From an uncultured Verrucomicrobiae bacterium (GTDB lineage Bacteria; Verrucomicrobiota; Verrucomicrobiia; Chthoniobacterales; UBA10450): a DNA stretch of 64,000 nucleotides. Position numbers and translations under genes: made by a program. Below the pieces are notes generated by a model. It saw nothing but the letters and a program-made list of their open reading frames with translations, ran no database searches and was not told the DNA's origin. Within the stretch, counting starts at the first letter, position 1. Each line of letters begins with the position of its first letter. The stretch covers positions 64,001-128,000 of the forward strand of contig CAVSDR010000005.1 in the NCBI GenBank assembly GCA_963726745.1. The letters are read 5' to 3'. Of this stretch, positions 21,976 to 32,811 are shown one piece after another.

Positions 21976-22920
21976 ATGGAGCACTCTCCCGCGCGGCGTG
22001 TCGGCTATGGACCCTGGCTGGTGGGGTTGGGCGCGGCGCTCTGGGGGACGGAAAGCGCCTGGCGCATTCCGCTGAACGATCTCTTCGCGGCGCCGGTGAT
22101 CGTCTTCTGGGAGCACGTGCTCATCCTGCTTTTGTTCCTGCCGATTTTGCTGCCGCAACTGGGCGAGCTGCGAAAAATTAGCCGGCAAGCTTGGGGCTAT
22201 CTGCTCTTCAGCGGGTTTGCCGGATCGGCCGTGGGCACGGTCTTCTTCACGCTCGCGCTCAAGAACGGCAATCCCACCGTGGTCAACGTGATCCTGAACC
22301 TTCAGCCAGTCATCTCGACCGCGGGAGCCTTCCTTTTTTTCCGCGACCGCCTTACGCCGCGCTTCTTCCTTTTCGCAGGCATCGCAATCCTCGCCGGGGT
22401 TTTTCTGTCGGTGGAACATCCCACGCTCATCGGCCGTTCGTTTGCCGAGGCGGGCTTGAATCTCGGGACCGGTTATGCGCTCATCTGCGCGGTTTTCTGG
22501 GGACTCTCGACCGTGGCCGGACGGGGCGTGATGCTGGGAATGCCGCTGCGCCTGGCCGCGGGCTTGCGCATCGTCGTGGGGCTCGTCTGCATGACGGTCA
22601 TCCTCCTGATTTACGGCTTGTTGAACGGCGCCGCGCTCTGGCCGGCGGCGGCGCAAGCAAAGCCCGGGACCGCGATCGGCGCGATGATCTTGCTGGCTAC
22701 AATTTCCGGCGGCATCCCACTTTTGATTTACTTCGAGGGCTTGCGGCTGACGCGCGCTTCCACCGCCGGCTACTTCGAGATGCTGCAAACTCTGGCCGCA
22801 GTTGCGATCACCTGGGGAGTGTTCCACGCCGCGCTGCGGCCGCACCAGGTCCTCGCGGCCATCGTCCTTATGGCCGCGGTCGTCATGGTGCAGCGCGCGC
22901 AGGCCGCGGTGGAGAATTAG
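21976..22920 (+). CDS. DMT/EamA family transporter
   Basis: About 10 hydrophobic segments in two repeats (AALWGT...NLQPV; AVFWGLSTV...YFEGL...EMLQTLAA). Confidence 0.8.
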   Translation: MEHSPARRVGYGPWLVGLGAALWGTESAWRIPLNDLFAAPVIVFWEHVLILLLFLPILLPQLGELRKISRQAWGYLLFSGFAGSAVGTVFFTLALKNGNPTVVNVILNLQPVISTAGAFLFFRDRLTPRFFLFAGIAILAGVFLSVEHPTLIGRSFAEAGLNLGTGYALICAVFWGLSTVAGRGVMLGMPLRLAAGLRIVVGLVCMTVILLIYGLLNGAALWPAAAQAKPGTAIGAMILLATISGGIPLLIYFEGLRLTRASTAGYFEMLQTLAAVAITWGVFHAALRPHQVLAAIVLMAAVVMVQRAQAAVEN

Positions 22921-23966
22921 CCGGCAAGTTGGCGACGGGAGAAAAACTCCGGGGTCGCGACGAGCAACGCAAGCAGACCGCCGAGCGCAGTGTTGGCCAC
23001 ACGGTGAAGCGCAACCTCTCCCTCCGGCAAACCGGCGAAGGAAAGCAGGAATGCGATGTAGGCAGTCACGCAAATGCTGAAGACGCCGTAGTTCACGTTC
23101 AGGACGGAGTAGCAGAGCCACGCCGACAGCACGATGAGCGCGCTCAAGGCCACCGGGTCGGGCCGCAATCCGCTGGCTAAAACTGTCGCCAATCCCGCAC
23201 CCACGAGCGTCCCGGCCACGCGGGCCACGCCGCGGCTGTAGGTTTCCCGAAGATCCGTGCGGAGGACAAAGAGCGCGGTCATCGGCACCCAGTAGCCATT
23301 CGGCAAAGCGAGCGCACGCGCGAGCGCAGCCGCGCCGGCCAGGAGCAGCGCGAGCTTGACCGCGTAGCGAAATTCCGCGGAGCGGGCGCGGATTTTTTGC
23401 TGCAGCAGCTCCAAGGCCGAGGCAAACCCCGGGAAGGGAATTGCCGACGGGATCACCACATCGAAACGCGCATGGATTCGCCGGAAGAGAAGCACGATCG
23501 CCATCTGCAAACAGCCGCCAAGGAGAACGAGAAGCGCGCGCCCGGAGGCATTCGCGAGGTCGGAAGGATAAGCCGTGGAGACGAGCGCGAAGATGGCGCA
23601 TTGCAAGGCGATCCAGGCGACGCTTTCCCCGAGCGCGCTCAGCATTCCGTAAACGAAGCCGACGGCCAGGCCGTTGAGCGCGACCCCGAGAGGCGTGTGC
23701 GGCACGAGCGAGCCGACGCCGGTCGCGAGGCTCATCCCGAGGCTCGCCCAGAGCATGGGGCGGCGCCGGGAGTTGCCCAGTGTTTGAAACGCGCCGAAGC
23801 CGACCGACATCGCGCCGCCGGCCGCGATCATGCCGTAAATCGGGCGGCCCGCGATGAGCCCTGCGCCCAGCGAAAGCGCGATCGCAAGGATGCAGGGAAA
23901 TGCCGCGCGCGCGCGGGATTCGGCCCAATTGAGCCTGAACGCGTCGCCAAAAATCTCGCGGAACAT
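22917..23966 (-). CDS. FUSC family membrane protein
   Basis: NGYWVPMTALFVLR...RVAGTLVGA...RVANTALGG pattern of the FUSC-like domain. Confidence 0.8.
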   Translation of the reverse strand: MFREIFGDAFRLNWAESRARAAFPCILAIALSLGAGLIAGRPIYGMIAAGGAMSVGFGAFQTLGNSRRRPMLWASLGMSLATGVGSLVPHTPLGVALNGLAVGFVYGMLSALGESVAWIALQCAIFALVSTAYPSDLANASGRALLVLLGGCLQMAIVLLFRRIHARFDVVIPSAIPFPGFASALELLQQKIRARSAEFRYAVKLALLLAGAAALARALALPNGYWVPMTALFVLRTDLRETYSRGVARVAGTLVGAGLATVLASGLRPDPVALSALIVLSAWLCYSVLNVNYGVFSICVTAYIAFLLSFAGLPEGEVALHRVANTALGGLLALLVATPEFFSRRQLAG

Positions 23967-23991
23967 CCGTAGTGATACGTCGCTCCGTGGC

Positions 23992-24873
23992 CTAGCGACC
24001 GCGCAGCCAGGCGAGCACGCCTAACGACTGCAGGAGGATGAGCGCGCCGTCGAGGATGGCGATGACCGCGAAGAAGCGCTTGGCGTTCTGGCTGGAGAGC
24101 CATTGCGCGAGGAACGGCCCCAGCCGCCCGCCCCAGAGCGCGCCCAGGAAAGTGAAAGCGGCCATCTCCCAGGGCACCCCGCCGAAGACAAAGCTGTGCA
24201 GGCCGGCGAGCAGGATGGAATTAATAGCCAGCAAGACGACGCCGAGGCCGAGCGCGCGGTTGGCGTTGAGCCCGTAGGCGAGCATGCAAAAGGCCGCGAC
24301 GATTTCACCTTCGCCGATCGCGACCCAGCCGGTGATCAAGCCGCCGATCGCGGAAACGCCGAGGAGCGGCCAATGCGCGCGCGCCGGGAGTTCGTCCACC
24401 CCGCCGTTGCGCCGCGCGGTCAGGAGCGTGAGCGCGCCGGCTAAAAGACAGATCGGGCCGAAGAGGCCTTTCACCAGCATCGGGCTGGCGTGGATCACGA
24501 ACGAGGAAAAGAGCGCGCCGAGCACGAGCGACGGCACCGTCCAGCGCAGGAGCCGCAGCGGCACTTCGCCGCGCGCGAGCCAACCGGCCGCGCCGCTGCT
24601 CATGCCCGCGGTCTGGCTAACGAAGGCGAGCTTGAGCGCGCTCACCGGGTCGAGCTGGTAGGCAAAAATCAGCGCCGGGATGAAGACCAGGCCGCCGCCG
24701 ATCGCGGTCAAATTCCCCAGGGTCGCGCCGGCCAGGCCGACGAAAATCAGCGGCCAGTTGCGCGCCGCGAGCGCTGCCGGTTGCTCGAAAAACCAGAGAT
24801 AAGCGACCAGCCAGAGCGCGGTGCACACAAAGAGCCACGGGTTGAAGTAACGCAGGCGGCGCGTGGCGGGCAT
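23992..24873 (-). CDS. Sulfite exporter TauE/SafE family protein
   Basis: AIGGGLVFIPAL and a second repeat GGLITGWVAIGEG, about 8 TM segments. Start uncertain (24873 or 24888). Confidence 0.75.
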   Translation of the reverse strand: MPATRRLRYFNPWLFVCTALWLVAYLWFFEQPAALAARNWPLIFVGLAGATLGNLTAIGGGLVFIPALIFAYQLDPVSALKLAFVSQTAGMSSGAAGWLARGEVPLRLLRWTVPSLVLGALFSSFVIHASPMLVKGLFGPICLLAGALTLLTARRNGGVDELPARAHWPLLGVSAIGGLITGWVAIGEGEIVAAFCMLAYGLNANRALGLGVVLLAINSILLAGLHSFVFGGVPWEMAAFTFLGALWGGRLGPFLAQWLSSQNAKRFFAVIAILDGALILLQSLGVLAWLRGR

Positions 24874-24955
24874 GGGCGCGCCTCTCATCGACCGCGCAGG
24901 CCCCAGGTGCAAATTTCCGCTGGCGCATTCCCCTTTTCGGCGGTGAGTTCCTCTC

Positions 24956-25570
24956 ATGACGAAGACGCGCCTCCTCTCCATGGCCATGGCGTTGCTCGGC
25001 CTCAGCTTGCGGCCTTTGCCCGCGCAGGAAACTCTTGCGGCCGACGAGTTGAGCCTAACGAGTGCAACCGAGGCCGCGTCCGCGCTCGCGCTTTCGCGCC
25101 CGGACCTTTTCGGCACGATCGATGGCTCGCTTCTTTTGCACGGTCTTCCTGCGCTCACGCTTTTGGACGGGCGGCGGTTCCCCATCAACCAGGAGCTCGG
25201 CCGCATGGGCCGCGGGCCGTTTGACCTTTTCCCGCTCGCCTTCCTTTCTTCGGTGGCAACGCAGCCGCACGGCGCGGCCCCGCGCTCCGGGAGCGATGCG
25301 CCCGGCGGCGTGGTCGACCTGCAGCTGAAACGCGGGGTCTACACCGGCGGCGAGCTGGGCGTATTCTACGGGAAATCAGGCGGCAAGTTCAGCCGCGAAG
25401 ACAAGTCGGCCTACATCATCGGCACGGTTGGAAACGACAAGGTGCAGATTACCGCCGGCGCCTCCTATCAGGAATCGAGCGGCCGCGGCGGCGTGCGATT
25501 ACGGTCGTTAGGCGCAGGCAGTCAGGCGACGCAAGGTCCCACGCCCGTAACTGCAGTTTCCCCGGGCTAG
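24956..25570 (+). CDS. Secreted protein resembling a stand-alone TonB-dependent receptor plug domain
   Basis: Signal peptide, LHGLPALTLLDGRRF, DLFPLAFLSSV, GSDAPGGVVDLQLK. Only 204 aa, no full barrel. Confidence 0.55.
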   Translation: MTKTRLLSMAMALLGLSLRPLPAQETLAADELSLTSATEAASALALSRPDLFGTIDGSLLLHGLPALTLLDGRRFPINQELGRMGRGPFDLFPLAFLSSVATQPHGAAPRSGSDAPGGVVDLQLKRGVYTGGELGVFYGKSGGKFSREDKSAYIIGTVGNDKVQITAGASYQESSGRGGVRLRSLGAGSQATQGPTPVTAVSPG

Positions 25571-26709
25571 GGCACGACGACGCGGAAGATCCGTTGCGCC
25601 GCGCCGAGGCCACCAGTCTGGCTGCCGTCGTCGGTCCAGGTCAGCGCATGCCCGTTGCCGGAAAAATCCGGCACGATCGATCTCCAGCTCGCGTCGGCTA
25701 ACGAGTCTTTCCATTGCACGCGATAGCTCAAGCCGGGCTGGCTGTCCCAGGAGAGCGTGGTCCCGCTGGCGGTATGCGCGACGAGATGCAACGCGAAGAG
25801 CGGATCGGCCTGCGGAATCGCGCCCGGGAGAAAAAGATCGCTCAGGTCGAGCGCGGCGGCGGCGTCGCCCAGCGGCGGGCCGACCGCGAAAATCTTTTGG
25901 AGGGTGCGCACGGTGGAGCTGTGCGTGTACGGCAAGCTGTTGGCGTAGCCGCCGCCTTTTCCCGAGGGCGAGAGCACGAGCAACCCGATCGGACCATCGC
26001 TTCCGCTGCCGCCCTCGTCCCAGGTGATAAGCAGCAAGCCGCCATTTTGATAGGCGGCCGAATTCAGGATCCCGGGCACGATCGCGGCCAGCCAGTTGTC
26101 GCCTTGTTTGACCGGGTCGTTCGTCGGCGCGCAACTATCGTGCATGCTGTTGCAGATGTTTGGGGTGATGAAGTTGTAGTGTGCCACGGTCCCATTCGCG
26201 AGGTCGGCCGCGAGTTCCGTAACCGGACGCATCAGGCCCAGGCAATCGCCTCCAACGACATCGTCGAAGTAGGCGAAAGGATTGTGCTTCACGTAGTAGG
26301 GATAGCTGTCGGTTGTCGGACAAGTGGTGCCGCTGATGCTCTCCTGGTAGGTCTTCCAGGAAATGCCGGCCTGCCGAAGCTGGCTCACGAGATGTTGGGT
26401 CGTCGCCTGATGGTTGGTTGACGGCGGATTGTTGTTCGTGATCCCGAAGTTCGTCCCGGCTTCCAGCCAGAGATAATTTGGGAGACTCGGATGCAGCGCC
26501 GGCGGGTTGCGATACTGCTCCGCATGCGCGGCCATCGGCAGGAGAACGTTGTTGATGTAGGGCGCGCTGGGGTTGCCCTTGATGCCCGACCAGTTGTGAT
26601 TCTCCAGGACGATCAGGAAGACCGTCTTGCTGCCATCGAGCGTGGCCGCGCCAAGCGAACCGCAGAGCATGCCGGCGGCGCCGATGAAAAGAAGGAGCGC
26701 ACGCCGCAT
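25567..26709 (-). CDS. Secreted phosphoesterase (acid phosphatase/phospholipase C family) with Verrucomicrobia-type C-terminal domain
   Basis: VFLIVLENH, HPSLPNYL, YYVKHNPF, FITPNICNSMHD, LITWDE, YTHSSTVRT. Confidence 0.8.
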   Translation of the reverse strand: MRRALLLFIGAAGMLCGSLGAATLDGSKTVFLIVLENHNWSGIKGNPSAPYINNVLLPMAAHAEQYRNPPALHPSLPNYLWLEAGTNFGITNNNPPSTNHQATTQHLVSQLRQAGISWKTYQESISGTTCPTTDSYPYYVKHNPFAYFDDVVGGDCLGLMRPVTELAADLANGTVAHYNFITPNICNSMHDSCAPTNDPVKQGDNWLAAIVPGILNSAAYQNGGLLLITWDEGGSGSDGPIGLLVLSPSGKGGGYANSLPYTHSSTVRTLQKIFAVGPPLGDAAAALDLSDLFLPGAIPQADPLFALHLVAHTASGTTLSWDSQPGLSYRVQWKDSLADASWRSIVPDFSGNGHALTWTDDGSQTGGLGAAQRIFRVVVP

Positions 26710-26825
26710 GGTCCAACTCCTAGGCCCGATCAGGCGTCAGGCGAAATGGAAAGAAAGCGCCGCCAGTTGCCAGGCGCATCGAGTTGCGGGATGTAACTGG
26801 CGCGCCGCGCGCGCCACTTTTACGC

Positions 26826-27554
26826 ATGAAAAAAATCGCCCTCGTCACTGGAGCCAATAAAGGCATCGGCCTGGAAACTGCGCGGCAGCTCGCGCAGAAA
26901 GGGATGACCGTCCTCCTCGGCGCGCGCGATGCGCGCAAGGGCCAGGAAGCGGTCGCGCAGCTGCAAGGCGAAGGCCTGGAGGTGCAGTTGCTCGAGATCG
27001 ACGTAAGCGACGAGGCGAGCGTCGCGCGGGCAGCGAAAAAAGTGGAGAGCGACTTCGGCCGGCTCGACATCCTGGTGAACAACGCCGGCGTGATGCTCGA
27101 TGACGAAACGAAAAAGGCCAGCGAGCAAACCATGGAAACCTGGCGCCGCACCTTCGACACCAATCTCTTCGGCCTCGTCGCCACCACGAATGCTTTCCTT
27201 CCGCTTCTGCGCAAAAGCGACGCCGGCCGGATCGTGAATTTAAGCAGCATCCTGGGCTCGATCACGCATCACGCCACGCCCGGCTCGCCGGTCTACGACA
27301 GCAAGGGCTACACTTGCTACAACGTCTCCAAGACCGCGGTCAACGCCTACACGGTGCAGCTCGCCTACGAGTTGAAGGGCACGAAGATCAAGGTCAACGC
27401 GGCGCATCCCGGCTGGGTCAAAACCGAGATGGGCGGGAAAGGGGCGAGCATGGAAATTCCCGATGGCGCCAAGACCAGCGTGGCCCTGGCGACGATCGGC
27501 GAGGATGGTCCGAACGGCGCTTATCTGCACGAGGGCGAGCCGCTTCCTTGGTGA
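26826..27554 (+). CDS. Short-chain dehydrogenase/reductase (carbonyl reductase-like)
   Basis: VTGANKGIG, LVNNAG, YNVSK, HPGWVKTEMG. Confidence 0.9.
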   Translation: MKKIALVTGANKGIGLETARQLAQKGMTVLLGARDARKGQEAVAQLQGEGLEVQLLEIDVSDEASVARAAKKVESDFGRLDILVNNAGVMLDDETKKASEQTMETWRRTFDTNLFGLVATTNAFLPLLRKSDAGRIVNLSSILGSITHHATPGSPVYDSKGYTCYNVSKTAVNAYTVQLAYELKGTKIKVNAAHPGWVKTEMGGKGASMEIPDGAKTSVALATIGEDGPNGAYLHEGEPLPW

Positions 27555-27570
27555 GAAATTAGCCAGCGAG

Positions 27571-27900
27571 ATGAACGAACCAATCAACATCAACGAAGCC
27601 AGTTTCGAGAAAGCCGTGCTCCGTTCGCCCGTTCCGGTAGTGGTCGACTTCTGGGCCGAGTGGTGCGGCCCGTGCAAGATGATCGCGCCCGTCCTGAATG
27701 AGATCGCGCGGGAACAAGGCGATCGTTTTCGCATCGCGAAAGTGAATGTGGATGACGAGCAGGCGTTGATGCAGCGCTTCCAGATTCGCGGCATTCCGAC
27801 GCTGCTTTTCTTCAGCGGCGGCGAGCAACGCGACCAACTGGTCGGGATGGCGCCGAAGCAGGCCATCCTGGAAAAGCTCGAGCAGCTCGCCGCGAGCTGA
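27571..27900 (+). CDS. trxA: Thioredoxin
   Basis: VDFWAEWCGPCKMIAP, IRGIPTL. Confidence 0.92.
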   Translation: MNEPININEASFEKAVLRSPVPVVVDFWAEWCGPCKMIAPVLNEIAREQGDRFRIAKVNVDDEQALMQRFQIRGIPTLLFFSGGEQRDQLVGMAPKQAILEKLEQLAAS

Positions 27901-27943
27901 CTTTTTCTCGCGTCGGGCCGCGCGCTCGCGCAAGGTCGCGCGC

Positions 27944-30940
27944 ATGCGGCGGCAACTTTTGCTTTTCCTTGCGTTCGTCCAGCTGGCCGGCGGCGCGCCT
28001 AACGAGTCCAATTTTTTAGACGGCATCCTTCATTGGCGGAATGTCGGGCCTTTCCGCGGCGGGCGCACGCGCGCGATCTCCGGGGTGCCGTCGCAGCCGA
28101 ACGTCTTTTACATGGCGCCGGTCAATGGCGGGGTCTTCCGCACGGACGATTACGGCCGCACCTGGGTGCCGATCTTTGACGATCAACCGACCGGCTCGGT
28201 TGGGCGCGCTCGCGGTCGCGCTTGTCCGATCCCGAACGTGATTTACGTCGGCAGCGGCGAGGGTTTGCACCGGCCCGATCTTTCCGTGGGCGACGGGATT
28301 TACAAATCGACCGATGCCGGAAAAACCTGGACGCACCTCGGACTGCGCGACGGCCAGCAGATCGCGCAGCTCGCGGTCGATCCGAAAAACGCCGATCGCC
28401 TTTTCGTGGCCGTGGGCGGGCATCCCTACGGGCCGAACGCCGAGCGCGGCGTTTACCGTTCGCTTGATGGCGGGAAGACGTTCGAGAAAGTGCTGTCTAA
28501 AGATGAGGACACCGGCGCGGGCGACGTCCTCCTCGATCCGCAAAATCCGCAGACCGTCTACGCCGCGCTCTGGGAATCGCGCGAAGGTCCGTGGGAAAAC
28601 GCGGTCTGGAATGGCACCGGCGGCGGCATCTACAAGTCGACCGACGGCGGGAGCACGTGGGCGCCCCTAACGAATGGTCTTCCGGCGGGCATCACCCAGG
28701 CGAACATTGCCCTGGCCCCGAGCGATCCGCGGATTCTCTTCGCCGCGGTCCGCACGCCGAAGTTCTCCCAGCTCTACCGATCGGAGGACGGCGGCGAAAG
28801 TTGGCGCGAAGCGACCACCGACAAGCGTCCGGCGGTCGGCATCGGCGGCGGCGACCTGCCGGTGGTGCGGATCGATCCGAAAGATCCGCAGGTGATCTAC
28901 TCCGCGAGCGTGGTCTGCTGGAAATCGACCGATGGCGGGAAGACTTGGACCGGCTGGCGCGGCGCCCCCGGCGGCGACGATTACCAGAACGTCTGGATCA
29001 ACCCCAACGACACGAAAACGATCCTGCTCGCAAGCGACCAGGGGGCGATCGTGACCGTCAATGGCGGCGAAACCTGGAGCTCGTGGTATAACCAGCCGAC
29101 CGCGCAGATGTATCACGTGAGCGCGGACAATGCCTTCCCGTATCGGCTTTACAGCGGCCAGCAGGAGAGCGGCTCGGCCGGCATTCTCAGCCGCGGCGAC
29201 AACGGCGCGATCACCTTTCGCGATTGGCACCCGGTCGCGGCCGAGGAATACGGCTACGTCGTGGCCGATCCGCTCGACCCGGACATCATCATCGGCGGCA
29301 AGCTTTCGCGCTACGATCGCCGCACCGGGCAGGCGCAGGAGATCCTGCCGGTGCCGTTGCGCGGACCGGAGTTCCGCATGATCCGGACGCAGCCGGTGGT
29401 TTTCTCGCCGGCCGATCCGCACCTGCTTTTCTTCGCCGCGAACACGCTCTGGCAGACGCGCGACCGGGGCGATCATTGGGAGCAAATCAGCCCCGACCTG
29501 TCGCGCAAAACCTATGAGCTGCCCGCGAGCATCGGGAAATATCGCGACCCGAAAGAGGTGAAACAACGCGGCGTGATCTACGCGGTCGCGCCTTCGCCCT
29601 TGGAAGTGAAACGCATCTGGGCGGGCACGGACGATGGGCTGATTCACCTGACGACCGATGGCGGCAAGACCTGGAACGACGTCACGCCGCCGGCGCTGGC
29701 GCCGTGGGCGAAAGTGTCGATCCTCGAGGCCGGGCACTTCGACGCGAAGGTGGCCTACGCGGCGGTGAACACGCTCCGGTTGGACGACAACCGCCCGCAC
29801 ATCTACCGCACGCGCGACAACGGCCAGACCTGGACGGAGATCGTCCGCGGCATCCCGGACGGGCAGACGGTCAACGTTGTGCGCGAGGATACGCAGCGGA
29901 AAGGGATGCTCTTCGCGGGCACGGAACGCGCCGTCTATTTCTCGCTCGACGACGGCGAGAACTGGCAGCCATTGCGCCTGAATATGCCGGCTACTTCCAT
30001 CCGCGACCTGATCGTGAAAGACGACGACCTCGCGGTCGGGACGCACGGGCGCGGCTTCTGGATCCTGGACAACCTTACCCCGCTGCGCCAGCTCTCGTTA
30101 GGCGACAAGATGACGAAACTCTTCCAGCCGCAGACCGCACTACGAGTGCGCTGGAACATGAACACCGACACGCCGCTTCCGCCGGACGAACCCGCGGGTG
30201 AAAATCCGCCGGACGGCGCAATGATTGATTACCAGCTTGCGGAAAACGCGACCGGCCCGGTGACGCTCGAGATCAAGGATGCGCAGGGAAAACTGGTGCG
30301 CCGCTACGCAAGCGACGACTCGTTAGCCGCGCCTGACCCGGCGAAGTTGAAAGTGCCGGCGTATTGGGTGCGCCCGCCACGCCCGTTGGCGGCGACCAAG
30401 GGGATGCATCGCTTTCTCTGGGACTTGCATGGCAGCCCGCTGGCTAAAGTCGAACCGCAGTATCCCATGACCGCGATCTACCGCGACACGCCGCCGGCGC
30501 CGACCGGCCCGTGGGCGCTGCCGGGCGATTACACGGTCACGCTCACCGCGAACGGCCAAAGCCAGACGCAGCCGTTGAAGGTGCAGATGGATCCGCGGGT
30601 GAAAGCCTCCGCGGCCGACCTGGCGAAACAGTTCGAGCTTTCGCGCCAGCTCTACGAGTTGCGCGCGAAACTCCTCCCGATTGGCGAAGCCTTTGACTCG
30701 TTAGCCGAGAAGGCGAAGGACGACGAAGCGCTGGCAAAAAAGCTCGAGGAATTTGCCCCGCCGCCCCCGCGTCGCGGCGGGTTGAGCTTCCAATTGCTCG
30801 GTCAGGTCGAAAGCCTCTTCGGCACCATCCAGGAGGCCGATGCCGCGCCCACGCCAGCGGTGGAAAAAGCCGTCGCGGAGGTGCTCGCACGCGCCCCGCA
30901 GGTGCTCGAGCGCTGGCAGCGCCTAACGAGTGAACGCTAG
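27944..30940 (+). CDS. Secreted VPS10/sortilin-like BNR-repeat glycosyl hydrolase family protein
   Basis: WRNVGPFRGGR and many S/T-x-D-x-G-x-T/S-W Asp-boxes. A short compensated frameshift near 28200-28225. Confidence 0.8.
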   Translation: MRRQLLLFLAFVQLAGGAPNESNFLDGILHWRNVGPFRGGRTRAISGVPSQPNVFYMAPVNGGVFRTDDYGRTWVPIFDDQPTGSVGRARGRACPIPNVIYVGSGEGLHRPDLSVGDGIYKSTDAGKTWTHLGLRDGQQIAQLAVDPKNADRLFVAVGGHPYGPNAERGVYRSLDGGKTFEKVLSKDEDTGAGDVLLDPQNPQTVYAALWESREGPWENAVWNGTGGGIYKSTDGGSTWAPLTNGLPAGITQANIALAPSDPRILFAAVRTPKFSQLYRSEDGGESWREATTDKRPAVGIGGGDLPVVRIDPKDPQVIYSASVVCWKSTDGGKTWTGWRGAPGGDDYQNVWINPNDTKTILLASDQGAIVTVNGGETWSSWYNQPTAQMYHVSADNAFPYRLYSGQQESGSAGILSRGDNGAITFRDWHPVAAEEYGYVVADPLDPDIIIGGKLSRYDRRTGQAQEILPVPLRGPEFRMIRTQPVVFSPADPHLLFFAANTLWQTRDRGDHWEQISPDLSRKTYELPASIGKYRDPKEVKQRGVIYAVAPSPLEVKRIWAGTDDGLIHLTTDGGKTWNDVTPPALAPWAKVSILEAGHFDAKVAYAAVNTLRLDDNRPHIYRTRDNGQTWTEIVRGIPDGQTVNVVREDTQRKGMLFAGTERAVYFSLDDGENWQPLRLNMPATSIRDLIVKDDDLAVGTHGRGFWILDNLTPLRQLSLGDKMTKLFQPQTALRVRWNMNTDTPLPPDEPAGENPPDGAMIDYQLAENATGPVTLEIKDAQGKLVRRYASDDSLAAPDPAKLKVPAYWVRPPRPLAATKGMHRFLWDLHGSPLAKVEPQYPMTAIYRDTPPAPTGPWALPGDYTVTLTANGQSQTQPLKVQMDPRVKASAADLAKQFELSRQLYELRAKLLPIGEAFDSLAEKAKDDEALAKKLEEFAPPPPRRGGLSFQLLGQVESLFGTIQEADAAPTPAVEKAVAEVLARAPQVLERWQRLTSER

Positions 30941-32762
30941 CGCAGCCGGTAGCTCTCGTGCGGGCCGATGCCGCCCTGACCGCTGAGAATTTGCGCAGTC
31001 GCGATCATGGCCACGTGCGAGAAGGCTTGCGGGAAAATTCCCCAGCTGCCGCTTCGCTTTCGGATCGTACTCCTCGGAGAGCAAACCGAGATCGTTCCGG
31101 AGCGCGAGCAGGCGCTCGAAAAGCGCGCGCGCTTCGGCCTCGCGGCCCATCAGGTAAAGACAATCGGCCAGCCAAAAGGAGCAAGGAAGGAAGGTCCCTT
31201 CGTTGCCGGGAAGCGCGTCGGCATCTGTTTTATCGGTGTGATACCGCATGACCAAGCCGTCGTGTAAAAGCTTGCTCTCGATCGCTTCCACGGTGGAGCG
31301 CACCCGCGGATCGGTCGCCGGGAGGAAGCCGACCAGCGGAAGCATGAGCATCGCCGCGTCGAGCGACTCGGTTTCATAATGCTGGGTAAACGCGCCCACT
31401 TTCTCGTTGTAACCGCGGGCGCAGACCTCGGCGTGAATCTTGTCGCGGACTTCGATCCAGCGCGCGAGTTCCTCCGCACTTCCGCGTTTCGCTTCGCGGG
31501 CTAATCGGATCGCGCGGTCAAAGGCTACCCAGGCCATCATCTTCGAGTGGGTGAAATTTCGCCGCCCACCGCGCATCTCCCAAATGCCTTCGTCGGGTTC
31601 CTGCCAATGCTTTTCCAGGAAGTCGAGCAGGTGCACTTGCAGGCGCCAGTCGGCATCGGTCGTTTCGATCCCGGCGCGATGCGCGTGATACATCGAGCTG
31701 ATGACTTCGCCGTAGACATCGAGTTGAAGCTGGGTCGAAGCGGCGTTGCCCACGCGCACGGGTTTGGAATGGTGGTAGCCCTCGAGCCACGGAAGCTCGA
31801 ATTCCGTCAGCCGTCGCTCGCCGCGCACGCCATACATGATCTGCAGCTGCGCCGGGTCGCCGGCGATCGCGCGCAGGAGCCACTGCCGCCAGGCGCACGC
31901 TTCCTCCACGTAGCCCGCGCCGAGAAAAGCAAAAAGCGTAAAGGTGGCGTCGCGCAGCCAGCAGTAGCGGTAGTCCCAATTACGCACGCCGCCCAGTCCC
32001 TCGGGCAACGAGGTCGTGGCCGCGGCGACGATTCCGCCGGTAGGCGCGTAGGTCAGCCCCTTGAGCGTGATCAACGAGCGCGTGACTGCTTCCCGCCATT
32101 CGCCCTGGTGGCCGCAACGCGCGGCCCACTCGGTCCAATAGCTTTCGGTTTCGCGCAGCGCGTGCTCGGGATGGACCCGTCGCGGCGGCGCTTCGTAGGA
32201 GCGATACCAGGTGAGGACAAAAGGGACGCGCTCACCCGCTTTCACGGTGAACTCGGCGACCGTGCTCAAGTTTTCCCCGCGCGTTTTCACCTCGGTGTGC
32301 AGCAGGAGCGCGTTCGGCCCGCCGATCGCTTCCAGCCCGCCGTGATGCCGGCGGACCCACGGGACGATTTGCCCGTAGTCGAAACGGATGAGCAGCTCCG
32401 TGGTCATTTTCACCTCGCCGCGCAGTCCTTCGACGATCCGGACAATGTCGGGGTTTGTCCCGCGTGGCGGCATGAAGTCGATCACCCGCACCGCACCCTC
32501 GGCGGTCTCGAATTCCGTTTCGAGAATGAGCGTCTCGGGACGGTAGCGGCGGGATTTGCGCGGTGACTTTGCCAGCAGGATGCAACTTCCAGCAGCCGTC
32601 TTTTTTCGTCCCGAGGAGCGCCGCGAAACACGAGGGCGAATCGAAGCGCGGGAAGCAGAGCCAATCGATCGAGCCGTCGCGGCTGACGAGCGCGCCCGAC
32701 TGGGTGTCGCTGAGAAAGGCGTAATCTTCGATCGGCGGTTGGAGGTCGTCAGATGCGTGCAC
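30937..32762 (-). CDS. Glycoside hydrolase family 15 (glucoamylase/trehalase-like; frameshifts near 32555 and 31030)
   Basis: IEDYAFLSD, GSIDWLCFPRFDS, TTSLPE, RNWDYRYCWLRD, QLDVYGE, PDEGIWE, GLLSEE, GNFP(QAFSH after correction). Confidence 0.88.
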
Positions 32763-32811
32763 GCTTCCGAAGATGACCGCGAGGCGCACGTCGTCCACCC
32801 TTGAAAACGCC

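Noticed and set aside
28195..28230. Odd peptide GRARGRACPIP inside the VPS10-like protein
   Set aside because: The alternative frame gives the expected GALAVA..DPN, so this is a pair of compensating indels rather than a real insertion.
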